Part shown: one piece after another, positions 1 to 13,900 of the stretch | How the letters are laid out: every line of letters starts with the position of its first letter | How positions within the stretch are numbered: position 1 is the first letter of the stretch | Assembly (NCBI GenBank): GCA_965202585.1 | Contig: OZ241829.1 | Location: forward strand, 33,480,001-33,544,000 | Length of the DNA: 64,000 bases | Direction: 5' to 3' | Source of the DNA: Thalia democratica | Taxonomy: Eukaryota | Made by a program: the position numbers and the translations under genes | Notes under the pieces: model-generated | Told to the model about the DNA's origin: nothing | What the model saw: only the letters and a program-made list of their open reading frames with translations | Databases searched by the model: none

Positions 1-860
1 AAAATTATAAAATGTTAAATAATAAAAACGTTAAAAAAAGCAAAACTACTGAGATACTATAGGGAATTTTTTTATAACTTGAATTATAAACGAAAAAAAT
101 TAGACAAACGACTATTATGTTTTAAGTATCAAGTTTTTTTTAAATAGTTATGTTATTTATGGCAACGCATTTAGTAACAAAACTACGCTAAATTGAGATT
201 TCTTTAACGAACAAATTTAAGTTCTCTTATGGTTTAATAACATCTAAATTTAACTTTTTTTAAAAAATAAGTGAACTTTATTGCTTCTATACTTGAGTGT
301 AGATTTTGCAAAAAAAAAAAGCTTTATAAAGTGAAGGAAAACTAGAAGATGTGCTAATCGAGTAAGTTTATAGTGCAGTCCAATACTCTTTTTTTTTTTT
401 TTTGTAAAAGTTGAGTTAAAGTAAGAAAACTATATAAACTTTTCTAATATTAGAAAAAAAACGCTTTCATTAATCGTTCAATTTAATACTTCAAATAATA
501 TTTTATTTTTCAAAACTAAGAAGTTTCATGTTACAACTTATAAAACAATGATTTTACTTAGGCAAACTTTTATTTCAGAAAAAAAAAACTTTGACTTTAC
601 TTTCAGTATTGAAATAATCCAGTAAATTAACTTGATTTAATTTTAATAGTTTATAAGCTTATTAATCCTTTTTTAATTTCAAAATACCTGATGCTTACAA
701 CAGAACATCGAACTTATTTTACGACACAGTTACATTTTTCTATGTTTAACGTATTAATAATCTAACTTAATGATCATTTCAAAACAACTTTACTTTCAAG
801 ATAAAAAAATGGTAAACTTTTCCAAAATTACGTGTTTAGTTTTTTATTACTTTATCATTT

Positions 861-1228
861 GTCGGCAGGCTATTATTAGTCGCTGGCCAGTTTTTCTATA
901 ACTGCTTGCTTGCGGGCCGCACCATTAAATAAAATATTTGTTAGGCTGCAGTTACTTTAAAATTATTTTAGTAACTAATAATAAAATATACTTAAAAATA
1001 TATATAGAAAATAAGATAAAACAGAGCACTTGTAAAGAAGAATTACTATTTTAAGAGTCTAATTGTATGTATTTTACCACGTAAATAATTAACTAATTAT
1101 AGTAACTAATTATAAAATTTACCATTTTATACTACAATTTAAATTTGTATATTATTCTTTTTAAGAAGTTTGTTTTTTAGCTAAAAAATACTACAATTAT
1201 GACTTGTGAGCTGCAATTTACTGACCCC
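861..1228. mobile_element. Degenerate hAT MITE (gtcggca...gcgggccgca...tgacccc)
   Basis: Decayed termini and gcgggccgc motifs shared with the copies at 2027 and 40246. Confidence 0.45.
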
Positions 1229-2026
1229 TTTACTAGTCTAATAACTTTTAATACTTTTTTTAAAGAAAAGTAAATTGCATAAAGAATTGTAAAAATACAA
1301 AATTAGTCAGTAAAATGATTAACAATACCACAAAAAAAAATTTTGTTTGCATAGGTCAAATAAACTTTAAAAAAACCAAAAGAAACTAGAAAGTTCTTTC
1401 TCTAATATGATCAAAATAATTAAAAAAAAAGATATGATAAAAGGGGTTTATTTGTATAAGATTTATTCAAACTTTTTGAAAGTATAAAAATGTTGATTTT
1501 TTAATTCAACTTAGAAATTTTCGCATATGAGCTAATTGTAAATTTATGTTTGAGCTTAAAAAAGTTTAGAAAACGTTGAAACTGCTGAATTTTTGTGTCA
1601 CAACAAAAAACAAAAAAGGGTTAAATAGCTGTGGTTAATTAAAAGAGTTAAAAATAAAATACGTGCAACTTTACCGCAATGTGCTACAACTAAATTTAAA
1701 GCGTAGGCTACATACTTTAGTAGTTATTAAGAAAAATAAATTAGAGTTTATATGAACTCACTTAATTAAAACATAAACTACACCCACTACTGTTTAACTT
1801 TTAGCTCAATAAGATCTCTACAGTTTATTAGTTGCTAAAACACCATAGTTTATTAATTATCTAAGTTTTTCAAAGTTTAAGAAAAAGGTTAAAAAAAAAA
1901 CTTATATTTTTTTGACAAAAAAAAAACGGACGAAATCCATTGTGTTCTCAAATCCTTTAGCTAACTATGCAAAATAATTCTATTACAACATTTTTTATTT
2001 TCAAACATCTGCTTACTTCTTTATAT

Positions 2027-2371
2027 CAAGGGTCGGCAGGCATTTGGTTGTCGCGGGACAAATTTCATAAATAAAAATCTTTGAGGGCAGCCGTTGTAAC
2101 TTTAGTTACAACGTGGAATGTTTTACTCTTCACAACACACCCCGGAATATCCACTGTAAGTTTTAAAGACTTCGTCAACAATACCTGGGACTTTTTTACT
2201 CTTTGCTTCAAACCGCAAAATATTTAGGATAAATTTCGACAGTTTCTTTAGCGGGCCAACTTTTCTTGCTCACAAACCGCAGTTTTAGCTTTCGCGGGCC
2301 TTGTCCCAATTAAAATAAAATCATGCTAGCGGGCCGCATTTGGCCCGTGGGCTGCAGATTTCCGAGCCCTA
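2027..2371. mobile_element. hAT MITE (MER58/Charlie-like ends)
   Basis: caagggtcggca...gcgggccgcatttggcccgtgggctgcagatttccgagcccta; TSD not preserved. Confidence 0.65.
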
Positions 2372-3020
2372 AATTAAAATAACATGCTGCATTACCTAGT
2401 TTCAATTCTAAATAAATTATGAAGCTTCTATCTATGATTTTTCACCAAATCATTTAGTATGACATTTTTCAACGGATACAATTTTAACAAAATTGCATAT
2501 TAAACATTAAACAGCTTTATTTGTTAGTAACAATCACTTTTATTACATAGTCTAGGGGTTTTCAAACTTTTAAAAATCTGTGCAAAGTATTTCACTAATA
2601 ATTTTTTTTTAAAGTTTTGAGCGTCTTAATATAAATAAACGTATTAAGAAGTGCTGAAATATGATGTAATTTTTTTTTTCAATAATACTAAACAAACGTA
2701 ATTTTTAAACATCATCATAGTAAGTTTTCTGCACAGAGCAAAATAACTACTTTGTGCACTACTTTGAACGCAGTTAATACTACTGATCTGATAAGCACTA
2801 CTGTGTAAATTAAAACCACATTTAAAAATATTTGATATAAAAAAGTTCTTTTTTTATTTGTTGTTTACCAGTTGTTTTCAAGCTAAACTGTGCGTTGCGG
2901 ATCGTACGTTGCTCCTACTTAGTTTATTTAACTACTTTATGATTAACTATACTACTTTTCGAAATAGTCACATAAAATTTCAAGAACAATACAGAAAGAA
3001 TTGATAAGTTGTCAATAGGT

Positions 3021-3143
3021 CTGTCCTAGACAAGACATTAAGCTTTACTTGTGGTGCTTGTCTCCTTAACCGAAAGGTTTTTTCCACCAGGTCCATGAAT
3101 CAAAATTTTTAAGCGTATTTTTTGTCGTTCAATAAACGACAAC
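3021..3143 (+). repeat. SINE-like dispersed repeat copy
   Basis: gtcctagacaagacattaa...taaccgaaagg...ccaggtcc...tcgttcaataaac; related copies at 9368, 9681, 33322 (-) and 35591. Confidence 0.6.
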
Positions 3144-4964
3144 AAGTTTAAAACAATTTACTGATTAAAAATAATTTTGTATTAATAGTATTAATTTAAT
3201 ACTATTAGTTCAAATACTGAACTTAATTTCGACTAGTTTTTACGTATCTTTGAAATGATAAGACATGTGTTCTATAAACAATATCTTTTTAGCTGTTATT
3301 CTACTTGGTTTCTGTTTACAACTTGGTTGATTTTTTGTTTATCTTTAATATTAAACTTAATTTTTTTAATATACTACATACGTTATTTCAATTTAAGGAA
3401 ATGGTTATTAACAGCAATATTTAAAAAACATTACACAGCCTCTCTAAAAATGAAAATGTCATATCCTTTTTGAAAAATAAAGTTTTAAAAAATTTGTACC
3501 AGTTTTTTGTATGTATATTTTTTAGGCCATTTTATGGTTCAATGCATTAACATAGGCTCTCAGTTAAAAGTATGTACAAAAATATAATTTAAGCTTTAAG
3601 ATAACGCCACTTGTATTAAAAAACTGTTATTAAACGCATAGATGGCGGGTTGTAATGTCCAGTTATGCCAGAGTTTAAAAAGTTCATTTAAATTCTATTT
3701 GCTTATTTGTTTTGAGCTAGCGACTCCTTGGTAAAAATTCCTATAAAAGTTATAGACAGTTCACACATTTAGTTATATACAAAAAGTTAGTGGCATAATT
3801 TTTCTAAATAATTTATGTTTCAAAAACATCTTTTTCAGGTTACAAAGGTTACGAATTTTAAATAAATAAAAATTTGTTAAAATTAAAAACTGTGATAATT
3901 TAAAGTGAAATGGTTTAAAGTTGCACGAAAAGATAACTTTCTAAAAAAATAGTTTTTGTCTTTCAAGTTTGCACCTTCTATATAAAAACTATTGAAATTA
4001 TTAACTTTTTTCTGTGTATCTCAAAACCTTTTTTAACTTCTGTTATGCAAAAAAAAAATATAGTAGCTTAGATAAGAACCTTTAAATTAGACCAACTTTT
4101 AAAATTAGTTAAGAATAATCTAAGACCTTACTTACATTCATAAATCATAACTATTAAACTAAACTTTCAGATGAACAATGTTTATATAAAAATAAGTCAT
4201 ACAAAAAAAGTATATATGACTTGTTCAAAACTTACCAAACTTTATAAAAAATTTCAACAATATTTCAGGATTCGAGGGTTTTCGGCCACCTTGATATATT
4301 CATAAGTAATAAATTGAAATATGGTTTTAAATAAAAAAACTTTAAGATTCAGTTTATTAGATTTTAACATATTACATTAATAAATCATAAGACCACTGCA
4401 AAACATTAATATAAAAAGATAGGAACCAACTTGAAACTAATTACAGTCCCCAAGATAAAAATATCAAAACAAATAGTTGTTTTAATTCAATAACTATTTT
4501 GGAAATAAAGTAACTATTAGACTGCAGACAAACATAATTAAGTCTGTAATCTTCCACCATAACTTTTACTGGTAGCTATATTTGGTTTATTTTACTTTTA
4601 GATGTTACTTTTTAATTTTAAAGCCAAAACAGTTGTAAAAATGGTAAAAAGTTACAAGTATTTAAGAATAATGATAGATACTAAACTAAGTTGGGCAGAA
4701 CTCATTGAAATGCTAAAAAGTAAATAATTAAAGGAAATTAGTGTTCTTTATAAAACAAGGTACTTTTTTAATAAAATATATTTATTCTTAATTTTTAATT
4801 TACTTTTACGAGCCATTTAAGGTATGGTCTGTTATGTTGGGAGAGAACTAATTTAAAAAAAGTTAATAAAATCAATGTACTCTTAGATAAAGCACTCAGG
4901 TGCGTTCACTATAAAAAGTACAACGTGAGTGTAAGTAATTTGAAAATAAGAAAAAAATATTAAT

Positions 4965-5235
4965 TGTTGAAAACTTATTCAAATATGAGTTGGGAGTTTT
5001 TATGTATAATTAAAAAAAAATTACAGTAAATTTTAAGGTACTTTAAAAGTATAACTAGTACATAGCCATTCAACAAGGTCCTCTAAACAACTTTTTTCCT
5101 ACCAAGATTCAAAAACAATAATGGCCATAAATCACTGGCCTACCAAAATAGTAAGCTTTGGACAGACCTACCTATTAGTTTAAAAGACCAACGCCATCTT
5201 GGAATGTTCCAGAATGAACTAAAGGATAATTTGTT
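4965..5235 (+). mobile_element. CR1/L2-type ORF2 C-terminal fragment
   Basis: LFKYELGVFMYN...FFLPRFKNNNGHKSLAYQNSKLWTDLPISLK. Confidence 0.6.
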
Positions 5236-6220
5236 AAATGATAAACTAGTTAACTAGAGTTTACATAAGGTGAACAGAATTATTTCTTTATAAACAGTAG
5301 ACTAGCATTCATTTTCATCTGAGGTATTCATATTTTTTTGAGTATATTAATTGGGTTTCAATAGCACTGGTCCAGTCTAGTTTGTAGAAAGTTGTAATAT
5401 GTATTTTTTTGTTTATACTTTGTTAGTGTATTAGTATAAATTCATTAAATAGTCTACATTTTATCTGTGTAAATAAACTTATTAATCTTTAGATATATAT
5501 TTGCCAAAAAAAAAGATTAAATATTTAAATCGTAAGCTGAAATTACTTATAACATTTGAAATTATTAATAGGTTGACTCTTTATATTTATTATTGTTTTT
5601 TATAAAGAAAACTGATTCAATATTTTAAGTTTTTTTGTGCTTGTTTACAATATTATTTTGGTTTGGTTAAACTATGATAATTAGATATTTATTCAAATTT
5701 GTAAAACCTGATAGCTTTAAAGCAGGGTTTCCCAAAGTGGGCGATATCGCCCCCCTGGGGGCGATTTTAGTAAGTCGGGGGCGATAATTAGTAAGGGGGC
5801 GAAAGGGTGGGCGATAACTAGTAAGGGGGCGAAAAGGGGGCGATTATGAAATTTTGGGCTGTCATAAAATTTTTAATTTTTAAATTGCTAATTTACTAAT
5901 TTTAGCTTGGTAGTAATTATTTGACCCTGAAGTAAAACTTAAACAAAACAAGTTTATTTTATTTATGTAAAATATAGAGAAAAAAATCAAGTACTTATGA
6001 CTCCTACTTTCAAGTAAATTACATATTTTCATTCATATATTTTCTTATTTAACAACTACATAGATCATAGACGATCGGAATCCCTCTCACCATTTTATAA
6101 CCTGACATATATGTTATTTGGGATCATAAATTGTTCATAAAAATCTATGTTATATTATATATTATTAAGTTTCTAGGTAAATTGGCAACCCTGTATAGTT
6201 TTATTTCTTAGTCTAACTTA

Positions 6221-6306
6221 GTGACTTTTCAAAAAACAATTGGAAATATCATGAGGTGATAGTTATATCACCTCATGATATTTCCAATTGTATTTTGAAA
6301 AGTGAC
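6221..6306. repeat. 41-bp-arm palindrome with a 4-nt loop
   Basis: Arms 6221-6261 and 6266-6306, 2 mismatches. Confidence 0.9.
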
Positions 6307-6583
6307 TGACCTTGAACTAAAAGTGAATTTTTCAAAAGAACGAAATGAAAGCTTTTGGACTCAACAAAAACTAAGGCAAAAGTATCCAATCATTTGAGAG
6401 TAATATAGATTATTGTTTATAGTTTTTCCTTCTAGCTTTGTTGTTGAGAAAGCTTTCAGATCAGTTATCAACATCTTGAGCAAAAGATCTAATCTAGATA
6501 TTTGTAAAGGAGGCTTTTTTTTACTGATTAAGAATCAGATTAGAAAAACTTGCAAGCAGTCATGAACCTCATCCTTCACATTA
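6304..6583 (+). pseudogene. hAT transposase C-terminal dimerisation-domain remnant
   Basis: Translates TDLELK..FW..QKYP..*..LFIVFPSSFVVEKAFRSVINILSKRSNLDI..G...LEKLASSHEPHPSH with stops and a frameshift. Confidence 0.85.
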
Positions 6584-9367
6584 TATTAGACTTCAGTAGC
6601 AGATATTATTTTATGAAATTTTTTTGTTTTATTTAATCTTTTAAAATACTTTTTATTTAACCTGGTTTGTATTGTATTTAAATAGTCTTTTTATAATAAA
6701 ATTTTATTAAGTTATTTATTCTACAACAGGTTTGCATAATGCCTAATAAATATTAATTACGGTAGACTTCCTCTTGAGTTCGCACTTTTTACCCAAAAAA
6801 TTGCAAATTCATGTTTTCTAAAATTTAACTTAAATAAAGTCTATTACTAACTAAGTATTAATAAAACAAAAAATCATAATATTTAATATCTTATATAGAT
6901 CTACTTTTTTAATGAATGTTTGTTTTATGTTTTAGTTGATTTTATGTTTTTGCATAACGTTATTGCATATAACATATTCAAGTTTATCATTTTGTAAAAA
7001 AAAGGTAATAATTTTTGAGTTTGCACTTTTTTATTTCGTTCAAAGTGCCAACTCAAGCGGAAGTCTACTGTATTTATTAAATCATTTATGTTTTAAATCT
7101 GTTATTAATTTTATTTTGACCTGGTTATTTTCGTAGTTTATATTTCGTATTACATTACATTGAAAGTTTTTATAGCATAGTGATTAAAGTGTTTGTTTGA
7201 AAGAAATTTATTTGAACTATTTTTGTTATTACTTGTTTAATCTGTATAAATAAATAAATCTTGATAACCATTTAAGTTTTTTTTTTAAGTTTTTTTTTGG
7301 TTTTAAAAGAGTATAGATTTAAGGTCTCTATTTGAAATTACTTCAAATTTTTCATTTAAAAGACTCTTTAACTCAAACTTGATTTGTTATTGTCAAAAAA
7401 CCTATACATTAAAGAATTTTAAACTATTAATACAAATGTTTTTTGTTTTATCTTAATTCTTAATATATTAGCAATTAGAATGTGTTGTTTATTTTGTTAG
7501 TTAAACACTAGCTTTTCGTTTTTCACTCTTTTCTTCTGGTAAATTATTATAGGCTAATGACTAGAGAAAAAATAAATTTAAACAGTATTAAATAAGCCAT
7601 TAAAAGACTGCTGCAGTTACAAAACAAAATTTTAAGCTAATTAAAAGAATTTTTTAATCGATTGCTTTCTGTTCACAGAATTAACTGTAAAATTTTTGAT
7701 TTTTTTTTGAATTTAAACTAAAAAAAAAGAAAATGTTAAAACTAAGGTTTAGTTTCCTAAAGGTTATTCCAAGTCAAATACTGTTTAATGGTATTCTATT
7801 ACAAAACATGTAGTTTAAGAGTTTAAAATTAAGTTTTTAACTTTACAACTAACTTACTTATAATATATCTTAGCATTAAAATTAATAACTTTACTACATT
7901 ATCTGAAGCTGTTGATGAAACCACTTTTCATGTGATATAATCAACCAGTCGGTCAAACTTCCTTAAACTAGATCAGAAATTATGTTTTATTATTTATTTT
8001 GTTATGTGTAAAATAAACTGTTCATTTTTTTATAGTTTCTTAATCTCTGGTATAGTAATTTTAGAATATGCCTATTTATAAAATAATTTTAGTACTTTGT
8101 GCGGTTTAAACAAGTTACTTAGTATTAACTTCTAAATGTCTGAAATTCGTTATTTGAGAGATTATTATAATGTCAGGTTTAAATTAAGATTTCAGATGGT
8201 TAACGTACGGTTAAGATCCAGTCAAATATCGACATGCTAAGTAACTTGGAAGCTACTTGTGCAAAAGAAACAAAATTTATTTTTTTAATACTAAATATTT
8301 TGAAATACACTTTCAATTTGGTTTTCAGTTCACAATAGTATTTCCTAGATCACAATAATACTAAATCATTTTATTACAATTTCGCTCGAGTTTTTCAATT
8401 TTCTTATATGTTATTTTTTTAAGTTATGCAGCCCGCAATTACATTTTTAAAGGCGTTGAAACTAGAAAAGATTTTTTAGTAAATATGAATTGATGACTAC
8501 AAAAGTTGTCCACCACTACCCCAAAAGTTTGATTAGTTTCAAAACAGTTCATATCTAAACAGGATTAATTACAGGTTACACAAGGCTTTTTAATAATTAA
8601 ATATTATAATACACTTAACTGGGCTTATAAGAAAACAAATGTAACTTATTTTCTCAAGCCCTGTAAACTACTTTGAACACAGCTCAAAAGTGCATGCATA
8701 AGAAGTACCAGACTAAATTACATTTCGAACACAACTTTTTCGGCTCAAAAGTTTCTACTCAAGAGAAAAACTACTTTGTAAAATCGTGGGGGGCGATTAT
8801 TTTCCGAATTTCTGAAAAGGGGGCGATTTAGAAAATGAGTTTGGGAAACCCTGCTTTAAAGGGTATATTTATTTATTTAGTTTAAGCAAGGTTTTTTTTT
8901 TGGATACAGCTTTATTTTACTATATATGTATTTTATTATTATTACAGCTTTATTTTTTTTACTTTTTTATGTTATAGCTTTGTCTTATTATTACTTATTT
9001 TTTGATAAGTTCAAAGTAGAATCCAAATTCTTAAACATACATTTTAAAACTTAAATTATTTTTTAAAATCATATAACATGAATAAAAGGTTAAACTATTT
9101 GCTAAAATTATTGATAAATTTTTAATTCAAAATATTTCAGATTAAAACTTTACCTTTTAACGTAGAGTTCAATATATATTTTATAAGTGTTTAATATTAG
9201 ATACTATTATACAGTTTTTTTTTTTTGAATATTTTTGTTTATGAAAAATTATATTTTGTGTAGTCTAACAGTCTCATTTTTCATAGAGTTTTTAATTTTA
9301 CAGTTTAGTTTTAGCTGTTAAGTTTTTTTTATTGTTTTAGCTCAGTATAATTTTGACTAAAGTAAGG

Positions 9368-9495
9368 TATGTCCTGGACATGACATTAAACTGTATTCTG
9401 GTGTATGACTCGATAACCGAAAAGTTTTTTTGTAAACCAGGTCCTTGGACCAAATTTTTGAGCGGTTTTTGTTTTTTTCGTCTGTTCAACAAACT
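9368..9495 (+). repeat. SINE-like repeat copy
   Basis: gtcctggacatgacattaaactgtat...taaccgaaaag...ccaggtcc. Confidence 0.6.
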
Positions 9496-9680
9496 ATTAG
9501 TTACCTTTAAAAACAAGTTATGCGTTTTTAAACAACTACGATATGGTGGTTTTATAACAAAGTTTTCAGATTTTATTCAAAATAAAATATTTATTAATGG
9601 TTAGCTATAGAGTTAAAAAATGATTTTAAGATTGTTTAGAATATAACTATTTAAAAAATATTTATTAAATATATGTATAT

Positions 9681-9782
9681 TATCCGTGGTGTATGACGCA
9701 ATAATTGAAAGGCTCCTTTGTACATCAGGTTCTTAGACCAAACATTTTAAGAGCTTTTCTTTATCGTTCAATAAACAATACA
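9681..9782 (+). repeat. SINE-like repeat copy (5' truncated)
   Basis: tggtgtatgacgcaataa...tcgttcaataaac. Confidence 0.5.
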
Positions 9783-10203
9783 TTACTATTATTTCTAGTA
9801 TAACTTTTTTTAACTTGGTTGACTGCTGTAGATATATAAAAAAAATCATTTAAAAAACTACAATTTTGAGAATTTTCTTATATACGCACAAACAAAAAGT
9901 CCAAAAAATAAAAACTTTTAAATATGTCAAATTTGTAGTAAATTAAATAGTTTTAGGCAGTCTTACTTTGCTAATTGATTTATTACAGTCTAATATTCGT
10001 TAATGAATATTTAAAAAAAATTTTTAAACTAAACTCAGTTAGATTAAAAAAATAAGTAATGTTGAAAACAACACCACTTCATGTTTTATAGCAAAACCTT
10101 ACCTGAAAAATAAAAACAAAAAATTTTGGTGTTATAACTTGAAAAAATTGATTTAATGTTTAAAAAGGTAATTTTGTCACAGTCGATTTTTCATGTAAAT
10201 ATT

Positions 10204-10407
10204 GGGACACAATTCCGACCCGCGCACAATTCCGATCCAAGTTGTTCTAAATGTAATAAGAGGAAAATAAATAAATAAAAAGAAAGAAAATTAAACAACC
10301 GATCAAGGGTAAGGGGTAAAAGTAATAGGGAAAAAAACAAAGAAACAAAATCGGGTGGGAACTGATTCGGGTTGGAATTGTGCGCGGCTGGGAATTTTGA
10401 TTATTAC
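10204..10407. mobile_element. Short inverted-repeat element, possibly a Mutator-like MITE
   Basis: aattccgacccgcgcacaattcc versus ggaattgtgcgcggctgggaatt; 9-bp direct repeat gtaaatatt on both sides. Confidence 0.5.
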
Positions 10408-10651
10408 GTAAATATTAAATACAAATAACAAATATTAGCATTTAAATAATCAAATACATCGAATAGCTCAGTTTAGGAGTCAAAAACGTTTGCTTAAATC
10501 GGTTCAAAAAACAAAAAGAAAGTCAACCCCCTAAACAAAATAACCACGAGCCTTAAAAAAAAAAGCCACTAAATCAAACTGCAGCTAAACCCGCCAACAA
10601 ACCACCGACCAATCGCGAGCCTCTAAACGCAACCCGACAGCCAATCGCAGC

Positions 10652-10904
10652 TCAGGAAAGTTCGAATCCCGTGTTGTTCGCAATCGCCTGCTTCAGCTTC
10701 TCCCTCAACATTTCCTTGGACGGGTAGTTTGGCAACTTCAGCAGGTTAAAGCATGTGGAGGCGGTGGGGAGCCGGTACTTCCCCGAACTGGTCGCCCCCT
10801 TGGACTTTTTCGACGATGACGTTATGCTGGGCATGGTGAAGAAGCCCCGGATCACCGTGGCAACCGTGTCGCCGGTGTCTTCGTCGTCAGGTACGTCTAC
10901 GCAT
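10652..10904 (-). CDS. UBE3B: UBE3B exon 22 (catalytic Cys in [11 protein letters not shown], stop TGA)
   Basis: caacag acceptor; ends NTGFELS*. Confidence 0.95.
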
Positions 10905-13900
10905 CTGTTGGTGAAAAAGTTTAGGATTATAAAATTTTGACGGATTAAAAATAATCAATTACGTTTTTGATAAAAAAACAGCACTCTTTATATAAAACAA
11001 ATGTTTTTTAGGCTCGATTAATTAAAAAAAAACTATTAAACACTAGCTTATATTGATGAAACATAATAACAGCATATTGAAGTTTTTCGAACCGTCAAAA
11101 ACAAAACAACAATTTTAATGATGTTAACAACCTGATAGAAAAATGGGGATGGAGGTGCGCGAACCCGAGGAGGGGAGGCTTGGAGCAGGAGGTGACGAAT
11201 TTGAGGAAGTTGGAGGACTGCTTCGGAGTGAACTCCTTCTCGACCACCTCCCACAACCACCTGACCACCCGGTGCGATCCGTGGAACCCGCCGTAGTATA
11301 CCACGTGACTCCTTGAGATTACACGGTCGGTTGGTTGTTATTTTAATTAAATTTTTGCTTATTAAAAAAAACTGTTAGTTTGATATGGTAAATGTGAAAA
11401 GACTAATTCAAAATAAGTTGAACAATCTTTTCTGTAATTGAGGAAAACACGAACAAGTAAACATGCTTGGTTAACTTCCTCTTGTGTGAAACATGCTTTG
11501 AGAAAAAAAAAAGTTGTTTAAAACTAACTGTTATAAAATAATTTTTCAAAAAAAATTATTGCTACATGAAACAAATTCATTAACTCGCATTTTAAGAAAA
11601 CAACAAAACCATAAATTTTGTCAAACTTGAGGTCTTGGAAGTCGATGCCGACGTTGTCGCCCGAGATGAGGCGCTGAAACTCGGGGGCGGAGAACATTGC
11701 GGTCCACTTGAAGGGTATGATGGACCTGAAGCCGCGCAGGAACGCCCTCGTCTGCCGCTTGATCTGCGTGTGGAGGCGGAAGTGCGCCAGCGTGTGGATG
11801 TACATGAACCTTTATAATTTCAATTTGTAACAGAAGAGAAAGAGTTTAAAGTTTGTATGTTTGGTTGCTCAAACAATGTTCAAAACACTTTGTTGAGCAT
11901 TAAAGTCTGAACAACATAAGTTTATAATTTAAAGTGCACAGTTTTTGCACAAGTTCTCCTATAAAAACTGAACACTCCCTTCTACCTGTTGTCGTTGGTA
12001 ACAGGAATGGAGGAACCGCCGGGAACAAGTTCCGTGGTGACAACCTTGCCCATGAAGTCGTGCTCGTAGGTGAATGTGAGGCACAGCTGCGAGATGTCGC
12101 CTTCCGACCACCGCTTCATCCAAGTCAGGTTCTTGTAAAATTCAAAATCCAACGACGGCAGCTCGTCTATCGGGCTGGTGAATAAAAAAAAAGCGTTGTT
12201 TACCAATTAGTTTTTTTTTGCAACAACACACTTGATGTTTAAGATGTCTGTTAATAAAGTATATAACATCACTAAAGCAGTTTAAGAAAAATTTAGCTGT
12301 TTGCCAAAAAAAATGTATTGATTTACTTTTTTCACCTGTGATTTTTTTTATTATTTCTATTTGAATTTCTACGCGTTGTTTATGTATTTACGTTCTTAAG
12401 AGATTTTGATGTTCAGGGTTGCCATAGGTTTTTGAAAAACTTCCTCCAGGCTTTCTGATTTTTTTAGGTTTTCAAAAGTACAAGTTTTTTGTCTATTTTT
12501 AGCATAAAATAAGTTTATGGTAGAGAACTGTCCTAATTAGTATAATAACATTGATAGTATAATGTAAAACGACTTGAATTGTATTTTTAATAAAACTAAA
12601 ATTAATAATAAAAAATGTTTGCATCTATGACGAATTTTTTGTATCAGATCGAAATTTTATAACTTTATATGTTAAAATTATTTAAAATTTAAGTTTTTTT
12701 TATTGATTTTTGTTCAAAATTCCAATTTTTTTTTTTTAATTCAAAGTTTTTCAGCCTAAGTTACCAAATTCCAGGTGTTTTGGCAGCCCTGATAGATCCT
12801 ATTTTAAAACCAATCGTTTTTACTAGGTCAACTTTTGGTACCTATCAAATAACACATAAACTTTATAAGTGCGAGCTAAAATGCTTACATACAAAGGTTA
12901 CCACTGTGAGTTAATTAAAATACTAAATTTAGACTAACTTTAAAAGCAAGTCCAAAGTAAAAACATATTTTGAAGATGATCACGACTAGTGTTTACGTTA
13001 AAAACAATAAAAACTTTAGTCGTTCAAGCTATGTAAGGATCTTAACCTGTGAAGAGGCTGGTTGTTGTTGTTGAGGAGGTGCCGGAGGAAGAAGTTGGCG
13101 ATGGGAAGGTCGAAAAGTATTCCTTCGTACAGCGCTTTCGCCAGCATGCATCCCGCGAAGTGGAATATGACGTCATCTTGCGGGAATGACGTGGGTGACG
13201 GGTACATCTTCGCATCGCTCGTCACCTGTTTGTTTGTTTGTTTTGTACGTATTGCACACGTTTAAACAGGAAACTTTTAACCAACTGGTGAGTTTGGAAT
13301 TGATACTGTTATAGTTTGAGAAATTTTTAGTCACCTTATTTGACAAATTTTTACAATTAGTAACCTTCAGAAACATATTTGAAACATTTATATGTGTTTA
13401 TTTTTCGTACAAGTTGAAACAAAGATAAAACAGGACCTTTATAATTATCTGATGAACGAATACAATTTCTACGGCAGGGTTTTTCGTAAAATTTTGATTA
13501 AAAACTTGTCAACTAACCTTGAACAAGTTCATGTCCGGGTTGAATATTTTAGCCACGGTCTCCTCCAAAAACTCCTTGAAAACCCCGTCCTGGTCGATTC
13601 CCGCCTCGTCCAAGCCCAAATTGTTGACAAACTTCACCCTGATGGTCCCCTAGCGGATAAATGTAAAGTTTTCAATTTGCTTTGTAGGCGAAGATTGTTA
13701 AAAAAGGTGAATAACAAAGTAGGTAAACAAAAACTTTGCGCGAAATACTTTAAAAATCATATTATCACCATGGTTGTATAGCTTTTCACCTTGAGTGCTT
13801 TTGAAGACAGTTTGTTGAGTTGTTGAAACCCGTCTTCAACCAGCCTGCTCCTGTGGATCTTTATGTAAGCAGATGTGTTGTCCGGTGTTATTCCTGTGAT

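Larger units (their letters stand above)
5723..8853 (+). mobile_element. Defective hAT (Charlie/Buster-like) DNA transposon
   Basis: TIRs cagggtttcccaaa...tttgggaaaccctg; perfect 8-bp TSD ctttaaag; subterminal ggggcga repeats; transposase remnant inside. Confidence 0.9.

Noticed and set aside
3255-9604. Short F/L/I/K-rich ORFs (3255, 6936, 9353); likewise 26083, 28770, 34899, 40176, 55828, 59091 and 62302
   Set aside because: Expected in AT-rich DNA or inside repeats; no motifs or splice support.
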